From a virus (lineage: Duplodnaviria > Caudoviricetes): 62,920 nt of DNA. How positions within the stretch are numbered: position 1 is the first letter of the stretch; every line of letters starts with the position of its first letter. The translations under genes were made by a program, and so were the position numbers. Positions 1 through 9,880 of the stretch are shown here, piece by piece. The stretch lies in IMG/VR virus record IMGVR_UViG_3300037808_000193, positions 1 to 62,920 of that record; one strand, given 5' to 3'. The notes under the pieces are model-generated. The model saw only the letters and a list, made by a program, of their open reading frames with translations, was not told the origin of the DNA and ran no database searches.

Positions 1-568
1 TGTTCTCATTCCACGAACCCATCTGGTTGGTGACACCAACAGCAACGGTGAGTCCTGTCACTTGAAGTGGAGCCGTGCTATCAGTGGCTGCTACCTGAGT
101 GTCAGTGACCCAATCACTAACGAGGTTGAACGTTGAGATCGAACGCACACCCAGGTCGTAGGTGACCCCGCTCTCCAGACCATTGATTCGGTAGTTGTCC
201 GACGCAGTGGTGGTGGCGTAGGTGTACTCAGAGTCCCCCGACCTCTTCCACCTGACCTCGAACATCGCCACCTTGGCAACAGAGGTGTCTGGGAACGTCC
301 ATGCAAGGTTGATCCAGACGTTGGTGGCATCTGCACCTGTCGTTGGTGTGAGCCCTGTAACGACATCTGGCGTACCTGTGACCAGTGGCAGGCCACCGCC
401 ACCTTCACCAACCTCTGGTCCTCCACCCACGGTGAGAGAGCCGGGGATGTGAACTCCCGATGCACCGATGATGAGGTTTCTGGCCAGATTCGTTTCGAGC
501 TTCTTGAGCCGACGATCCAGGTCCCAAAGGATGTTGTTGGGCTTGGGTGTTTGGTAGACGCTGCTCAT
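1..568 (-). CDS. 5' part (variant allele) of the FN3 tail protein seen complete at 60796-62871
   Basis: ATG at 568 corresponds to 62871, preceded by an AGGAGGTG RBS; the frame is open to the window edge. Confidence 0.9.
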   Translation of the reverse strand, partial: MSSVYQTPKPNNILWDLDRRLKKLETNLARNLIIGASGVHIPGSLTVGGGPEVGEGGGGLPLVTGTPDVVTGLTPTTGADATNVWINLAWTFPDTSVAKVAMFEVRWKRSGDSEYTYATTTASDNYRINGLESGVTYDLGVRSISTFNLVSDWVTDTQVAATDSTAPLQVTGLTVAVGVTNQMGSWNEN

Positions 569-617
569 GTCAACATCACCTCCTTAGTTATTATCATGCC
601 TGGTTAAATTCAGCGGT
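1..617. repeat. Terminal overlap copy 1 (imperfect direct repeat of 62304-62920); indicates a circular or circularly permuted genome
   Basis: Base-by-base comparison gives 617 nt colinear with 62304-62920, 16 substitutions and no indels. Confidence 0.97.
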
Positions 618-2273
618 GTACACTCCGCTCGCACAATCAAGTGTGAGACGAATCAATTTCATAGATCGTGTTGTCCAGTTGATATTTCCCCATGTGCCAT
701 TGATGGTCACTGTGTCACCAGGTAGGAGGTTGCCAGCAATGACAGCAGCGAAGTCACTGTCTGTCAGGGTGCAGGTGAACGTTTCGATGGTGTCCTTCCT
801 GCTGGCCAACTCACCGGCTGCAAACTCATCGAGCTGGTCGATGTCCCATCCAGTAGGTGCCCTGAGAACCTCTTCCCAAGCGATCCCCAAGTCAGTGGTG
901 TCGGAGGCGCCTGCCTCTTCTCGATCAGGCCCAGAGCCATCACCAAGGACAGTGATCGAGTTGGCAACGGGAGCACCATCACGGACGTAGTTGGTGATTG
1001 CAATGATGTTCGAGCTAGCACCATCAATCTGCAGGTTGTAGGTCGTCTTGGCTGAACCCAGCGGTCTACCGAACTTGATGTACCGGATGGTGTCGACACC
1101 ATTCCACGACACTCTGAGGTCTAGGCCGTTCTCGATCTCAGTCAGTGACTTGATGGCCTCCCAGATGTTCTCGTGGTCAGCGTGCTGATAGGCGATGGCC
1201 AGGTCAGTGCCGATGCTGGAGTTTGCAGGGTCACCAGTGATGTTGAGGTCATCTTTGCCAGATGGCCCTGTTTGCCCAAGAACTGTCAGGCCTTGTGCAT
1301 GGTCAACTAGCCCTTCGGCAATGACCAGGATGTCTGACCCTGTTCCCGAGCTTCCGTAGAAACTGAGCGACTCCTCCAGATACAGGCCGATGCTGTCCCA
1401 GTAGATAGCCGAGTTCGGAGAAGCTGAGCCACCTGGCCAGTAGAGCCTGATCTCGACCGTTTCCCCTCCATACACCAAGATCTCGAATTCGACCCTGATC
1501 CACTCATTGCGTGCAGTGGTGTCATCGATGCGGGTGTACCAGTGGCGTCCTGTCCAGACGTTGCTGAGCTGGGTCTGGATGTAGAAGCCTCGGAAGTCGA
1601 AGGGTTTCCCGTTGTAGGTGTAGGTGCCATCGTCACGGATGTAGAACCACGCCTTGCACACCACCACGTGGAAGAAGTTCTCCCCGGTGAACAGAGCCGC
1701 CGTCTCTTGGATGACCTGGTTGTCTGTCCCGTGGTAGTCGTCGGGATCGATGGGAGAGTCGATTGCATCCCCATTGGTCCTGACATCAGCGGCCCTGTTG
1801 TCACCAAGTATTCTCAGGCTCTGGGTGCCCGTCTTGAAATACGTGGTGTCGTAGGACATAACAATGTCAGTACCGGGATCGTTCTCACTCCACCCTGTGC
1901 CCAACTCCATGTCACCGTTGGTGAGCAGGTTGGTCCTGGCTGAGTCACCCACGTACCGCTTCTCGAAGTAGTAGGTGAGGCCCTGGCAGCTGACCATCAG
2001 GTGAGAGGCAGTCAACTGAGTACGGGTGACGATCCCCCAGAACACCGTGGTGCTGTCACGCTCGATGCGGATCTCACTATTGATCGACATCTCGGTGATG
2101 CTGCCAACACTGGCGTGATCGACCGGAATCTTCAGAGTTGCTGCATCATGGTCGTTCAGCACCCAGGTGATCTTGTCAACTTGGGCATCGAACTCACCAC
2201 TGCCGGTATGGATAGTGGCGATCGTGGCTCCGAGGTTGTCCCCGTCCACGACATACACCGTGTACGTGGTCAT
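594..2273 (-). CDS. Minor tail / baseplate hub (Tal-like) protein with an inserted carbohydrate-binding-like domain
   Basis: Follows Dit and tape measure; TNLLTNGDME...YWDSIGL CBM-like insert; ANSITVLGDGSG and LLPGDTVTI motifs typical of siphoviral minor tail proteins. Confidence 0.75.
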   Translation of the reverse strand: MTTYTVYVVDGDNLGATIATIHTGSGEFDAQVDKITWVLNDHDAATLKIPVDHASVGSITEMSINSEIRIERDSTTVFWGIVTRTQLTASHLMVSCQGLTYYFEKRYVGDSARTNLLTNGDMELGTGWSENDPGTDIVMSYDTTYFKTGTQSLRILGDNRAADVRTNGDAIDSPIDPDDYHGTDNQVIQETAALFTGENFFHVVVCKAWFYIRDDGTYTYNGKPFDFRGFYIQTQLSNVWTGRHWYTRIDDTTARNEWIRVEFEILVYGGETVEIRLYWPGGSASPNSAIYWDSIGLYLEESLSFYGSSGTGSDILVIAEGLVDHAQGLTVLGQTGPSGKDDLNITGDPANSSIGTDLAIAYQHADHENIWEAIKSLTEIENGLDLRVSWNGVDTIRYIKFGRPLGSAKTTYNLQIDGASSNIIAITNYVRDGAPVANSITVLGDGSGPDREEAGASDTTDLGIAWEEVLRAPTGWDIDQLDEFAAGELASRKDTIETFTCTLTDSDFAAVIAGNLLPGDTVTINGTWGNINWTTRSMKLIRLTLDCASGVYTAEFNQA

Positions 2274-2276
2274 GTC

Positions 2277-2726
2277 TTAGATACCTGCTTGAAGATCTGG
2301 GTTTGCTGCTATGTAGGTGACTGACCAGCTGAGTGTCGAAGGTGACCCTCTCACAAAGCCGATCTGTGGCTGCTGGCGAAGCCTAACGAGAGCGTGACGA
2401 GTGCCAGCAGGCTCGTACACGATGACCTTGCCATCAGCAGAGACTGCATCGGTGATGTTCTCGAACATCTGCATGGCTTCCCACCAGTCAGAGCCCGATG
2501 CAATGACAACTATGCCTGCAACAGTGATCGAGCGGGAAGCGTAAGTGGCATTGGTGATAACCGAACCATCGGTTGCCATCCTCTTCACCAAACGAACATC
2601 AGGAGCTTTGGAGCCCCAGCCTCGGATCTCACGTACCCACCAGATGTTGCCATCAGAGTCAGCCGTGTCATCGTTCGTGCGAAGGGTCGTAGGAGTGCTG
2701 TTCACCAGATCGATTCGAGTACCCAT
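2277..2726 (-). CDS. Distal tail (Dit-like) protein
   Basis: Immediately after tape measure; IRGWGS...DG...SRSITVAG...IAANP pattern of actinophage Dit. Confidence 0.7.
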   Translation of the reverse strand: MGTRIDLVNSTPTTLRTNDDTADSDGNIWWVREIRGWGSKAPDVRLVKRMATDGSVITNATYASRSITVAGIVVIASGSDWWEAMQMFENITDAVSADGKVIVYEPAGTRHALVRLRQQPQIGFVRGSPSTLSWSVTYIAANPDLQAGI

Positions 2727-5443
2727 CAGTTGCCATTCCTCGGTGAAACGATGTCCCCGTAGACAATGTTCGGGTCGACACCGTTGAAGACGAACTGATC
2801 ACCAGTGCTCTGTGGGCCGCCCACTGGGAAGTTAGGCTCGAAGTCCTCGTAGGGAACATCTCTAGGGCCTGGTGCAGGTGGAAGGCTACCCTTACCGAAC
2901 CAGCTGTAGCTGAACACCAGCGGGTTGGCATCAATATCGGCAACAAGCTTCAGCCATGAAGGGAAAAGCTCTTCATCGAAGAAGACAGATAGATCATCGA
3001 GTTTGGACTGTGGGACGCCCAACCTCTCAGCCAACTCCTCAGCGGTCAGCCCCCAGTTGCTGGAAATCAGCTCCTGCTTTGCTTGAGCTGCCAAGAACGC
3101 TTCTTCTAGCCCAAGACCTTCTACTGACAAGGCCAGCGCCAAGTTCTCAGCGAGGGCCATCTGTTGCAGCTGGAACTTGGCAAGCTCTCTTTCACCCATG
3201 TTCAGAGCCTCAACCATGGTTCCGGTGGAGTCCTTGACCACTGCACCGAGGAGAGTCCCTGCTGCCTCTGGTCCCGCCATGATGATCTCCGAGACCGTCT
3301 TGGCATTGAGGCCCATCGACAGGGCCGTCTTGATGTTGTCGGTGAAGCTAGTGAACTCACCGATGGTGCCACCGAACAGCTTGCTGATCCCACCGGCTGT
3401 CGGGTTCTCCAGCTCGAACAGACCTGGGGCCACAGAGCCTGTAGCGCCAATGCTCCCTGCTACAGCGGCAGTTGCTTCGAGAAGATCCTTCTTCCAGTCA
3501 GCACCCGCCGCCGTGATGTAGTCAGCCATCCTCTGAGCGTGGAACATTGCATCCTTGGTGTACCGAGAAAGCTGGTTCCCTCCCTCGGCGAGATCATCAC
3601 CAACAGCTGGTCCGAAGACTGCGTTGTCCCTCATCTCCTGCTCCAGCTTCAGACGATCAATGTTGCCCCTGGCTTGCTGGCCCTTCTCGAATTCGATCAT
3701 CTGGTTGATGAAGGAGGCGGTTCCGTCACCTTCCAGCTTGAAGGACTGTCCACCCTCACCAGTGGTTATAACACCACTATCGTCATCACCGAACCTCAAG
3801 CTCTTACCACCAACGGCAAGCCTCAGGCCGGTATCGAAGTTGTAACCAGTTCCGTTAGCTCCAACGTTGGCGAACTGGTCGATGAACTTGTCGAGAGGGA
3901 TACCGTTGGCAATTAGCTGCTCTTGGAAACCAAGGTTCTGCCCGAGCTGGTTCTCGATGAACTCTCGACGCTGAGCGATTCGGTTGTCGTCATTCCTGAA
4001 GAGGCCAGATGCTTCAGGACCTATCTGCTGTCCCAGTCCTGGGTTGAATACACCTTGAGTAGTGAGAGCAAACCGGATGTTGTCCTGTGTGAGCTTACGA
4101 ATCTCGTACAGAGGGTTGGCCTTGGCAGCTGCAGCTCCAGCAGCATTGGCATCATCCGAGTGGCGGTCAAATACAGATACGGCCTGAGAGCTAGAGCTAG
4201 CACCACCAAGGAATGGTGCAGCAACAGCCGACAAAGCCAAGAGTTGACCAAACCCGAACCCTCCACCACCAGCAAGCATCGACAGGTTGCTGATTGCGTT
4301 GGCGAACTTGGCACCAGTCAGCAGGAGGATCACCGTGTTGAGAACTGGTGGGGCATCTGCCAACACCTGCATCAATGCAGTAAGCGCTTCAATCAGCGGG
4401 TTGAGGATGGTGATTGCCCCTTGGATGCCAACCATGGTCAGAAGCTGCAATGCTGGCTCGGCTGCTTCATAGAGGCTCATGAACGATTCGACCAGATCGA
4501 GGATATTCTCACCAAAGGTAGAAAGATCAGCATTCCTGGTCAGGTCGATGAAGAAGTCGATCATCCTCTCTGCTGCATCACCCATGCGCCCGATGATCGG
4601 GTAGAGAGCACCACCCTCTTCTGTGGCCTTGCGGAGCCCCTTGATGAGGATCTCCTGAAGGTCAACCCACTTGCCGTATGCCGGTAGCAACTGTTCACCT
4701 ACAGCTAAGTAGGTCTCCTGCACATGTCTATTGAGAGATCTCTGTCTCTTGCCTGCTGATTCCAGCGAGGCCTCGTAGGTGCCGGTGATGGTCGTTGCCT
4801 GTTCGAGGACGGCATTGACGATGGCCTGGGTCTTCTCGGTCTCGGTCAGAGCCTTGACCGTCTTGCCAAGCTCCTCTGCGTACTTCTTCATGGCGTTCTC
4901 AGGGGTGACCTGGACACCAGCGGTACGCAGGACTTCTGACTGCCTGGTGACAACGCCATAGAGGATGCGTTGCAGGGTGTCAGATGAATCCTTGCCCGAG
5001 AGCACAGCGAAGTCCTGTGATGCACGAGCCAGCTTCGGGAGTGAGTCGAGGTCAAGCCCCATCCTCAATCCCTGAGAAACGGTGGACTGAGCAACTGCTG
5101 TCGTGATGCCCAGATTCTTGATGGCTTCCACATAGCCCTGGATCTCAGCTACCCGCCTGCCATTCTGTTTCGACAGGTTCTCAAGCACGATGTCCATCTC
5201 TTGGACTCGTGACGCCACACTGATCGACTGCCGAGCAATGTTGGCAAGACCAGATGCCACCTTCTCGAACACACGGGCAGCAATGATGCCCCCGGCGATG
5301 TCTTTCATCCTGCTGAGGGCACCGTTGGCACGCCTGTTGTTGGACTCCATGCTCTTCATCGACCTGTCGATGGAGCCAACCTTGCGGTCCAGGTCTCGGA
5401 TGTCAGCACGGAAGGTGACTAGAACATCTTCGATTGTTGCCAT
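2726..5443 (-). CDS. Tape measure protein
   Basis: 905 aa, Ala/Gly-rich and helical with central hydrophobic segments; downstream of the tail chaperones. Confidence 0.9.
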   Translation of the reverse strand: MATIEDVLVTFRADIRDLDRKVGSIDRSMKSMESNNRRANGALSRMKDIAGGIIAARVFEKVASGLANIARQSISVASRVQEMDIVLENLSKQNGRRVAEIQGYVEAIKNLGITTAVAQSTVSQGLRMGLDLDSLPKLARASQDFAVLSGKDSSDTLQRILYGVVTRQSEVLRTAGVQVTPENAMKKYAEELGKTVKALTETEKTQAIVNAVLEQATTITGTYEASLESAGKRQRSLNRHVQETYLAVGEQLLPAYGKWVDLQEILIKGLRKATEEGGALYPIIGRMGDAAERMIDFFIDLTRNADLSTFGENILDLVESFMSLYEAAEPALQLLTMVGIQGAITILNPLIEALTALMQVLADAPPVLNTVILLLTGAKFANAISNLSMLAGGGGFGFGQLLALSAVAAPFLGGASSSSQAVSVFDRHSDDANAAGAAAAKANPLYEIRKLTQDNIRFALTTQGVFNPGLGQQIGPEASGLFRNDDNRIAQRREFIENQLGQNLGFQEQLIANGIPLDKFIDQFANVGANGTGYNFDTGLRLAVGGKSLRFGDDDSGVITTGEGGQSFKLEGDGTASFINQMIEFEKGQQARGNIDRLKLEQEMRDNAVFGPAVGDDLAEGGNQLSRYTKDAMFHAQRMADYITAAGADWKKDLLEATAAVAGSIGATGSVAPGLFELENPTAGGISKLFGGTIGEFTSFTDNIKTALSMGLNAKTVSEIIMAGPEAAGTLLGAVVKDSTGTMVEALNMGERELAKFQLQQMALAENLALALSVEGLGLEEAFLAAQAKQELISSNWGLTAEELAERLGVPQSKLDDLSVFFDEELFPSWLKLVADIDANPLVFSYSWFGKGSLPPAPGPRDVPYEDFEPNFPVGGPQSTGDQFVFNGVDPNIVYGDIVSPRNGN

Positions 5444-5466
5444 CCCCGTCTACCTTCCGTACTGAG

Positions 5467-5706
5467 TCATCTGATTATTGTCGCCGGTCTCTGTCCTAGC
5501 TTCCCCGGCTTGTTCTGTGCTGTCTTGTTCTCACGTGACTTGATGTCACGATGCTCTTCGATCTTCTCCTGTTCGACCTTCAGGAAGACCATCCACTCTT
5601 GAAGCTTGGTCGAGGGCAAGGCCAGGATCTCGTCTACATCCACGATTCCCAGTTCCTTCGCCAGTGAGTAGGCGAAGTACCTCAGCCCCCGTTCCCTCAG
5701 TTTCCC
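5467..5706 (-). CDS. -1 frameshift extension of the tail assembly chaperone (gpGT-like)
   Basis: Slippery G GGA AAC at 5706-5700 just before the stop; the -1 frame (KLRERGLRYFAYSLAKELGIVDVDEILALPSTKLQEWMVFL...) is open to TGA at 5467. Confidence 0.85.
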   Translation of the reverse strand, partial: GKLRERGLRYFAYSLAKELGIVDVDEILALPSTKLQEWMVFLKVEQEKIEEHRDIKSRENKTAQNKPGKLGQRPATIIR

Positions 5707-6098
5707 TCAAGAGTCTCGACCTCCTCGTCCGTCATGCCCGAGAGGATCATGCCCTTCTCATACACACGGTCAAGAGCACGGCCGCTCTTGCGACCAAGGG
5801 CTTCGACATCACCTGGCTTGAAGAGGGTCTCCCCCTCCTCATCGACCATCACCCGAGCACAGAACTTGGCCCGAGTGTTGTCACTGTCGATGCGGGCAGT
5901 CTTGCCACGCCCCTTGATCATCGAGGCCTCGAAGGCGTCTCGATCTTTGCCGGTCAGCCCCTTGATCCAGACAGTGCCACCCCATTCAGGAACATCGATG
6001 AGTTCCATCTGGGTGTCGTCTGAAGCAAGGATGCTCTCAGCGGTGAGGGTCATTGGTGCCGGTGGCACCGTCTCCTCGTTAGTCGTTGTCTCCGTCAT
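5697..6098 (-). CDS. Tail assembly chaperone (gpG-like)
   Basis: IDVPEWGGTVWIKGLTGKDRDAFE motif; ends LEGN on a slippery site; start refined to MTETT. Confidence 0.88.
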   Translation of the reverse strand: MTETTTNEETVPPAPMTLTAESILASDDTQMELIDVPEWGGTVWIKGLTGKDRDAFEASMIKGRGKTARIDSDNTRAKFCARVMVDEEGETLFKPGDVEALGRKSGRALDRVYEKGMILSGMTDEEVETLEGN

Positions 6099-6363
6099 CG
6101 GCTTCGTCAGCCCCTTCAAGTGTGACCTCAATTGCGAGGTCGTCCGTGGTTACCACGTCACCATGAAGGTGAAGCTCTTCAGCTTCGTTCGACAGAGATG
6201 AAACGAATTCCTTCTCAGTCTTCATGCTGCATTCGATCTTCACCTTGGTCACGTTGTCACCTTTCGACCATGACAGGTCGACCTTGGTGACGGACTTCAG
6301 CTTACGTCCATCGGCGATACAGATGAGGTGACCATCTGCCCCGGTGTCAAAGATGAGTCTCAT
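6079..6363 (-). CDS. Hypothetical protein
   Basis: ORF filling the gap between tube-like gene and chaperone; start refined to MRLIFD. Confidence 0.5.
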   Translation of the reverse strand: MRLIFDTGADGHLICIADGRKLKSVTKVDLSWSKGDNVTKVKIECSMKTEKEFVSSLSNEAEELHLHGDVVTTDDLAIEVTLEGADEADDGDND

Positions 6364-6364
6364 A

Positions 6365-6976
6365 TCAGGGTCCAAACGAGAAGGATCGGCCATTGGCATC
6401 TGCAGCACCAGCAAACTGGATCTGCTCGATGACCAGTGAGTCCCAGTCACCCGAGTTGGTGACCTCGGAGATGTAGGCCCACATGGCACAGTCGGGTGTA
6501 CCGCTATACAGCTCGTAGAACGAGAGCACCACTTGGGTGTCGGCTACGAACTCGTCTTGGAAGTACTCGTCCCAGTTCTGCAGACGATCGATTGTGGCGG
6601 AGCAGTCCTTCACCACGGGGAGCCGGGACATGAATGCTGTGGATGCAGCACCCTGGATCAGCGTCGTGGAGTCTTCGTTCTGCCCCCTCAAGCTCCGTGA
6701 GTAGCCACGAGCCGAGGCGATCGATGTCATGGGCAGGTAGGTGCCGGTGCAAGTGGGAGCCACCACAACACCTGTGAAGGTGATCGTCCCGAAGAGACGG
6801 TCCACGGTGGAGATGGTGCCAGTGCTGGCAGTGATTGTTGCTGTCGGCGACCAGACACGCTTTGAGGTGTCAGTGATCTGCCAGACGTTGGACCCCAGGT
6901 CCGTCATTGCCTCCGTAGTGAAGGCAGCCGGTGTACCAGGAAGGTCCACATCTACGTTGTAGCCAACAGAAGTCAT
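6365..6976 (-). CDS. Second tail-tube-like protein with N-terminal beta insertion
   Basis: C-terminal half (EDSTT...MSRLPVVKDCSATI...IQFAG) parallels the adjacent tube protein (DISE...MQRLAGIKDASYQI...ISLEG). Confidence 0.65.
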   Translation of the reverse strand: MTSVGYNVDVDLPGTPAAFTTEAMTDLGSNVWQITDTSKRVWSPTATITASTGTISTVDRLFGTITFTGVVVAPTCTGTYLPMTSIASARGYSRSLRGQNEDSTTLIQGAASTAFMSRLPVVKDCSATIDRLQNWDEYFQDEFVADTQVVLSFYELYSGTPDCAMWAYISEVTNSGDWDSLVIEQIQFAGAADANGRSFSFGP

Positions 6977-6988
6977 GATGAACTCCTA

Positions 6989-7393
6989 TCAGACGAGGGC
7001 GACAGCGCCGGTACCTTCGAGAGAGATGGAAACCTCGACAGCCCCGTCGTAGGTGACGTTGGTGTCGAAGGTGGCGACCACGACTTGCTGCTTGAAGCCG
7101 TTGGTGCCATCAGGGAGCCACTGAGCCCACAACTCGGTGTAGCTGATCAACTCACCACGAATGGCAACCTGACCATTGGTGTCACCGGAGTCGTAGAAGC
7201 CCTGGATCTGGTACGACGCATCCTTGATGCCAGCGAGCCGCTGCATGTAGGTGTTGCCGATTTCGGAGATGTCGATGGTGCCACCACGCCAAGACATCGA
7301 TGCCGAACGAATCTCATCGACTGCGTAGTAGGTACCAGCTCCACCGGCGACTACCGAGACGTTGAATAGTGACGTGCTACCTGCAACTGCCAT
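6989..7393 (-). CDS. Major tail tube protein
   Basis: Size and position; RLAGIKDASYQIQGFYD...GQ...VEVSISLEGTG tube pattern. Confidence 0.8.
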   Translation of the reverse strand: MAVAGSTSLFNVSVVAGGAGTYYAVDEIRSASMSWRGGTIDISEIGNTYMQRLAGIKDASYQIQGFYDSGDTNGQVAIRGELISYTELWAQWLPDGTNGFKQQVVVATFDTNVTYDGAVEVSISLEGTGAVALV

Positions 7394-7396
7394 GGG

Positions 7397-7639
7397 TCAG
7401 CTCCCTGCTGCTTCCAAGAGGCCGTGGTACTCGTAGTCACAGAGCTTGCACATCCAGTGCTCGCCTTTCCTGTCACCAAGCACCCCAAGATCGAATCGAT
7501 CGTTCGAGGGATGACTGCACTCGGTCTCTTCTTCCGGTTCTTCCTGCTCTGGAACGAGCATCGACGCCAGCTCTTCGATCTCTGCATCGAGCATGTCTCG
7601 AAGGGCAACAAGGCGTCGGTAATGGGCTCGCACATCCAC
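7397..7639 (-). CDS. Small protein with coiled coil and C-x-H...CxxC zinc-ribbon-like end
   Basis: ECSHP...WMCKLCDY. Confidence 0.6.
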   Translation of the reverse strand: MDVRAHYRRLVALRDMLDAEIEELASMLVPEQEEPEEETECSHPSNDRFDLGVLGDRKGEHWMCKLCDYEYHGLLEAAGS

Positions 7640-7677
7640 AGGAAGATTGTCTCACAGGGTCACAGCGGATCTTGGAA

Positions 7678-8100
7678 CTACGCAGGCACCTTCATCACGC
7701 TGAAGTTCACGACATAGAGGGTCCGTTGCTTGTCATCTTGATCGACGACCGATGGAACACCCGTCGGCAACATCGAATGCCAGAGAGTCGAGCCCAACGT
7801 TGCCTCACGAACAGCAGCGGGTATCTCGGTATACAGCTCCCACACGTCGGTGTGTGCCTCGGCTGGGAACTTGGACCGACAGATGATCTGGATACCCAGA
7901 AGCTCCATGATTGCAGTGGCTCGACCGCCAAGTCCCCAAACTGGAGCTCCACCTGGGGTCTCTCGGATGAAACACCCTCTGTTGGGTGTCCCGGCCCACT
8001 CGGGAGAGCTGTTCCCGAAGATGTTGTGCCCCGTACCAGACTTGATCCACTGCGAGTACGTGGTGTCTATGTGATCAACGATCTCTTCGATGGTGCTCAT
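7678..8100 (-). CDS. Tail terminator / tail completion protein
   Basis: Synteny; ETPGGAP...IQIICRS...DQDDKQRTLYVVNF pattern; start refined to MSTIEE. Confidence 0.75.
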   Translation of the reverse strand: MSTIEEIVDHIDTTYSQWIKSGTGHNIFGNSSPEWAGTPNRGCFIRETPGGAPVWGLGGRATAIMELLGIQIICRSKFPAEAHTDVWELYTEIPAAVREATLGSTLWHSMLPTGVPSVVDQDDKQRTLYVVNFSVMKVPA

Positions 8101-8495
8101 GATCCGAATGTTCCTGACATCTGCTGAGTCATGCTTGCCGACCATGAACGGCCCAACTTGGGCAGCTCTTCACGGAATGGCTTCTCCAGGTACTTGGGTC
8201 CAGTGCCAGGAGTCGTCCAGTTGGATCTCTCAGGCAGCTCGTGGACTCGCCACGCATACCTCGATGCAACACCACCGAACCCGAAGTTGACGACCACCTG
8301 ATGGTTGTTGATCTCGGGTTCCTCCACGAAGTTGGAATCCCTGAGATGACCATCCTTCATCGGGGTGATGGGAATGGCTTTGCCAATGATCACCCAAGCG
8401 GTCGTGGTGAATACCTTCCCGAATGCTTTCGGGGCATCCTTCACGTACTTCCGGCTGTGCTCAAGCAGCTTCGTCTTGACCTCGATGGTTGCCAC
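8097..8495 (-). CDS. HK97 gp10-like neck protein
   Basis: TPMKDGHLRDS, YAWRVHE, GPKYLEKPF motifs. Confidence 0.8.
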   Translation of the reverse strand: MATIEVKTKLLEHSRKYVKDAPKAFGKVFTTTAWVIIGKAIPITPMKDGHLRDSNFVEEPEINNHQVVVNFGFGGVASRYAWRVHELPERSNWTTPGTGPKYLEKPFREELPKLGRSWSASMTQQMSGTFGS

Positions 8496-8860
8496 TAGTC
8501 ACCTCTCACCCGAACTGTCTGGTGGTGGAGCTTCCCGTACTCGTCGTAGGCGATAGTCACCGAAGTGACCTCGAAGCTCACCAGTTCCAGACCGTCGTCT
8601 TGGAAGATCCCTTCCACAGTGATTCGATCACTCTCGTGGATAGGGACGTCATCGAGAAGGATGACCGATGCTGAGTGATGTCTATCCTCACCCGTGGCAC
8701 TGCGAGTCCTGCTCGGTGTGCTGTAGGAGAACCGGCACCTGAACGTGGCACTTGGTGACTCAGTGACCGTGCCCTGCCAGTCGGCATCGGACTTCGGGTA
8801 CTGGTGACCAATGAACACCAGCAGGTCTCCCCATTCAGCGAGAGCCTGTGCGTTGGTCAT
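8495..8860 (-). CDS. Head closure / stopper protein
   Basis: Synteny and beta-rich pattern (RSATGED...IHESDRITV...YDEYG). Confidence 0.7.
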   Translation of the reverse strand: MTNAQALAEWGDLLVFIGHQYPKSDADWQGTVTESPSATFRCRFSYSTPSRTRSATGEDRHHSASVILLDDVPIHESDRITVEGIFQDDGLELVSFEVTSVTIAYDEYGKLHHQTVRVRGD

Positions 8861-9354
8861 ATGTCAGCTCGAAGCTCGTTCGGGTTGTCCATGCCACCGG
8901 GGTTGTCGTGCATCCCCTTCGAGAAAGCACCTTGCTCGATCGACGTGTCGTTCGTGTAGGTCTCTTTCCGGCTCACCTTGTGAGCGGCCATCCATGGAAC
9001 ACCCGTGCTCTTGGCAGCCTCGGAACGAAGGTTGGCCGAAGTGTTTCTCAGGGTGTTGACCAGCTCCCCGTAATTGATGGTCAGGTCGTTGATCGTTCTC
9101 GACGCCATCCCAGCAAACCTGTTGGCGAGGGTGTCTGCAGCAAGGGCACCAGCCAGGTACTCGTTGTCTCCAGCCTCACTCAGGAAGTAAGCAATCTCCT
9201 GGTCACCCATGAGAGGGCGGGCCTCGTTGGTATCACCCAGATGCAGACGTGTACGGGCAAGCCTTCCGTCTGCCGAATCTGTCTGCAGAAGGTCGGGATC
9301 GTAGTTCCAGTTCACGCCTGCATCTAGTGACATTCTCAGCCACCTCCCGTTCAA
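8857..9354 (-). CDS. Head-tail adaptor
   Basis: WNYDP...RLHLGDT...MGDQEIAYFL...INDLTINY...FSKGMHDNP pattern; real start may be 9333. Confidence 0.75.
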   Translation of the reverse strand: MNGRWLRMSLDAGVNWNYDPDLLQTDSADGRLARTRLHLGDTNEARPLMGDQEIAYFLSEAGDNEYLAGALAADTLANRFAGMASRTINDLTINYGELVNTLRNTSANLRSEAAKSTGVPWMAAHKVSRKETYTNDTSIEQGAFSKGMHDNPGGMDNPNELRADI

Positions 9355-9843
9355 CTACGAGAGCATGGACTGTAGGCCGCTCACGAGGGTTGGCCTGTTG
9401 CTGTCCAGCTCTTCTGCCTGCATTACAGCCTCGATCGTATCGCTGTCTTGGCCCTCCATAGCAGACAACACCTCTTTGACGCTCAGATCGAGGAGAGATT
9501 CGATCGTCATCTCCTCCTGAGACTCTTCCTCAGGCCCTTCTGGCCCCACAGGCTCTACCTGGGGCTGGATGGGCTCTTGCACTGCCACAGCGGCCTGCTG
9601 TGGGGCGTTGGCCTCCTGAATCTCCCTGAGCTGTTGCTCTCGGTAGGCAGTGTGAGGGTTCAGAACATCTGGGTCGATCTCTGGGACGACGTAGCCCTCT
9701 GGGTATGCCCCTTCTCGAACCAAGCGGGAACGCAGCAGTGCATCGAGGTTGGGGAAGAACTCTGCCTCTGGGACAGGCTCACCCGGCTCTCTCCACTCTT
9801 CCCCGACCTTGATCCTCTTGTTTGCAATGAAGCCCATGACCAT
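9355..9843 (-). CDS. Hypothetical head-region protein
   Basis: Small N-terminal domain, P/Q/E linker and a C-terminal helical domain (LSVKEVL...AEE...RPTLV). Confidence 0.65.
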   Translation of the reverse strand: MVMGFIANKRIKVGEEWREPGEPVPEAEFFPNLDALLRSRLVREGAYPEGYVVPEIDPDVLNPHTAYREQQLREIQEANAPQQAAVAVQEPIQPQVEPVGPEGPEEESQEEMTIESLLDLSVKEVLSAMEGQDSDTIEAVMQAEELDSNRPTLVSGLQSMLS

Positions 9844-9880
9844 CTCCTCAACGGTTACCCGCTCATCTTATCCCAGAGAC

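Noticed and set aside
1-617. Diversity-generating retroelement TR/VR pair (an AAC/GTC codon difference is present)
   Set aside because: Differences are not confined to adenines on either strand, most are synonymous, and no reverse transcriptase is encoded
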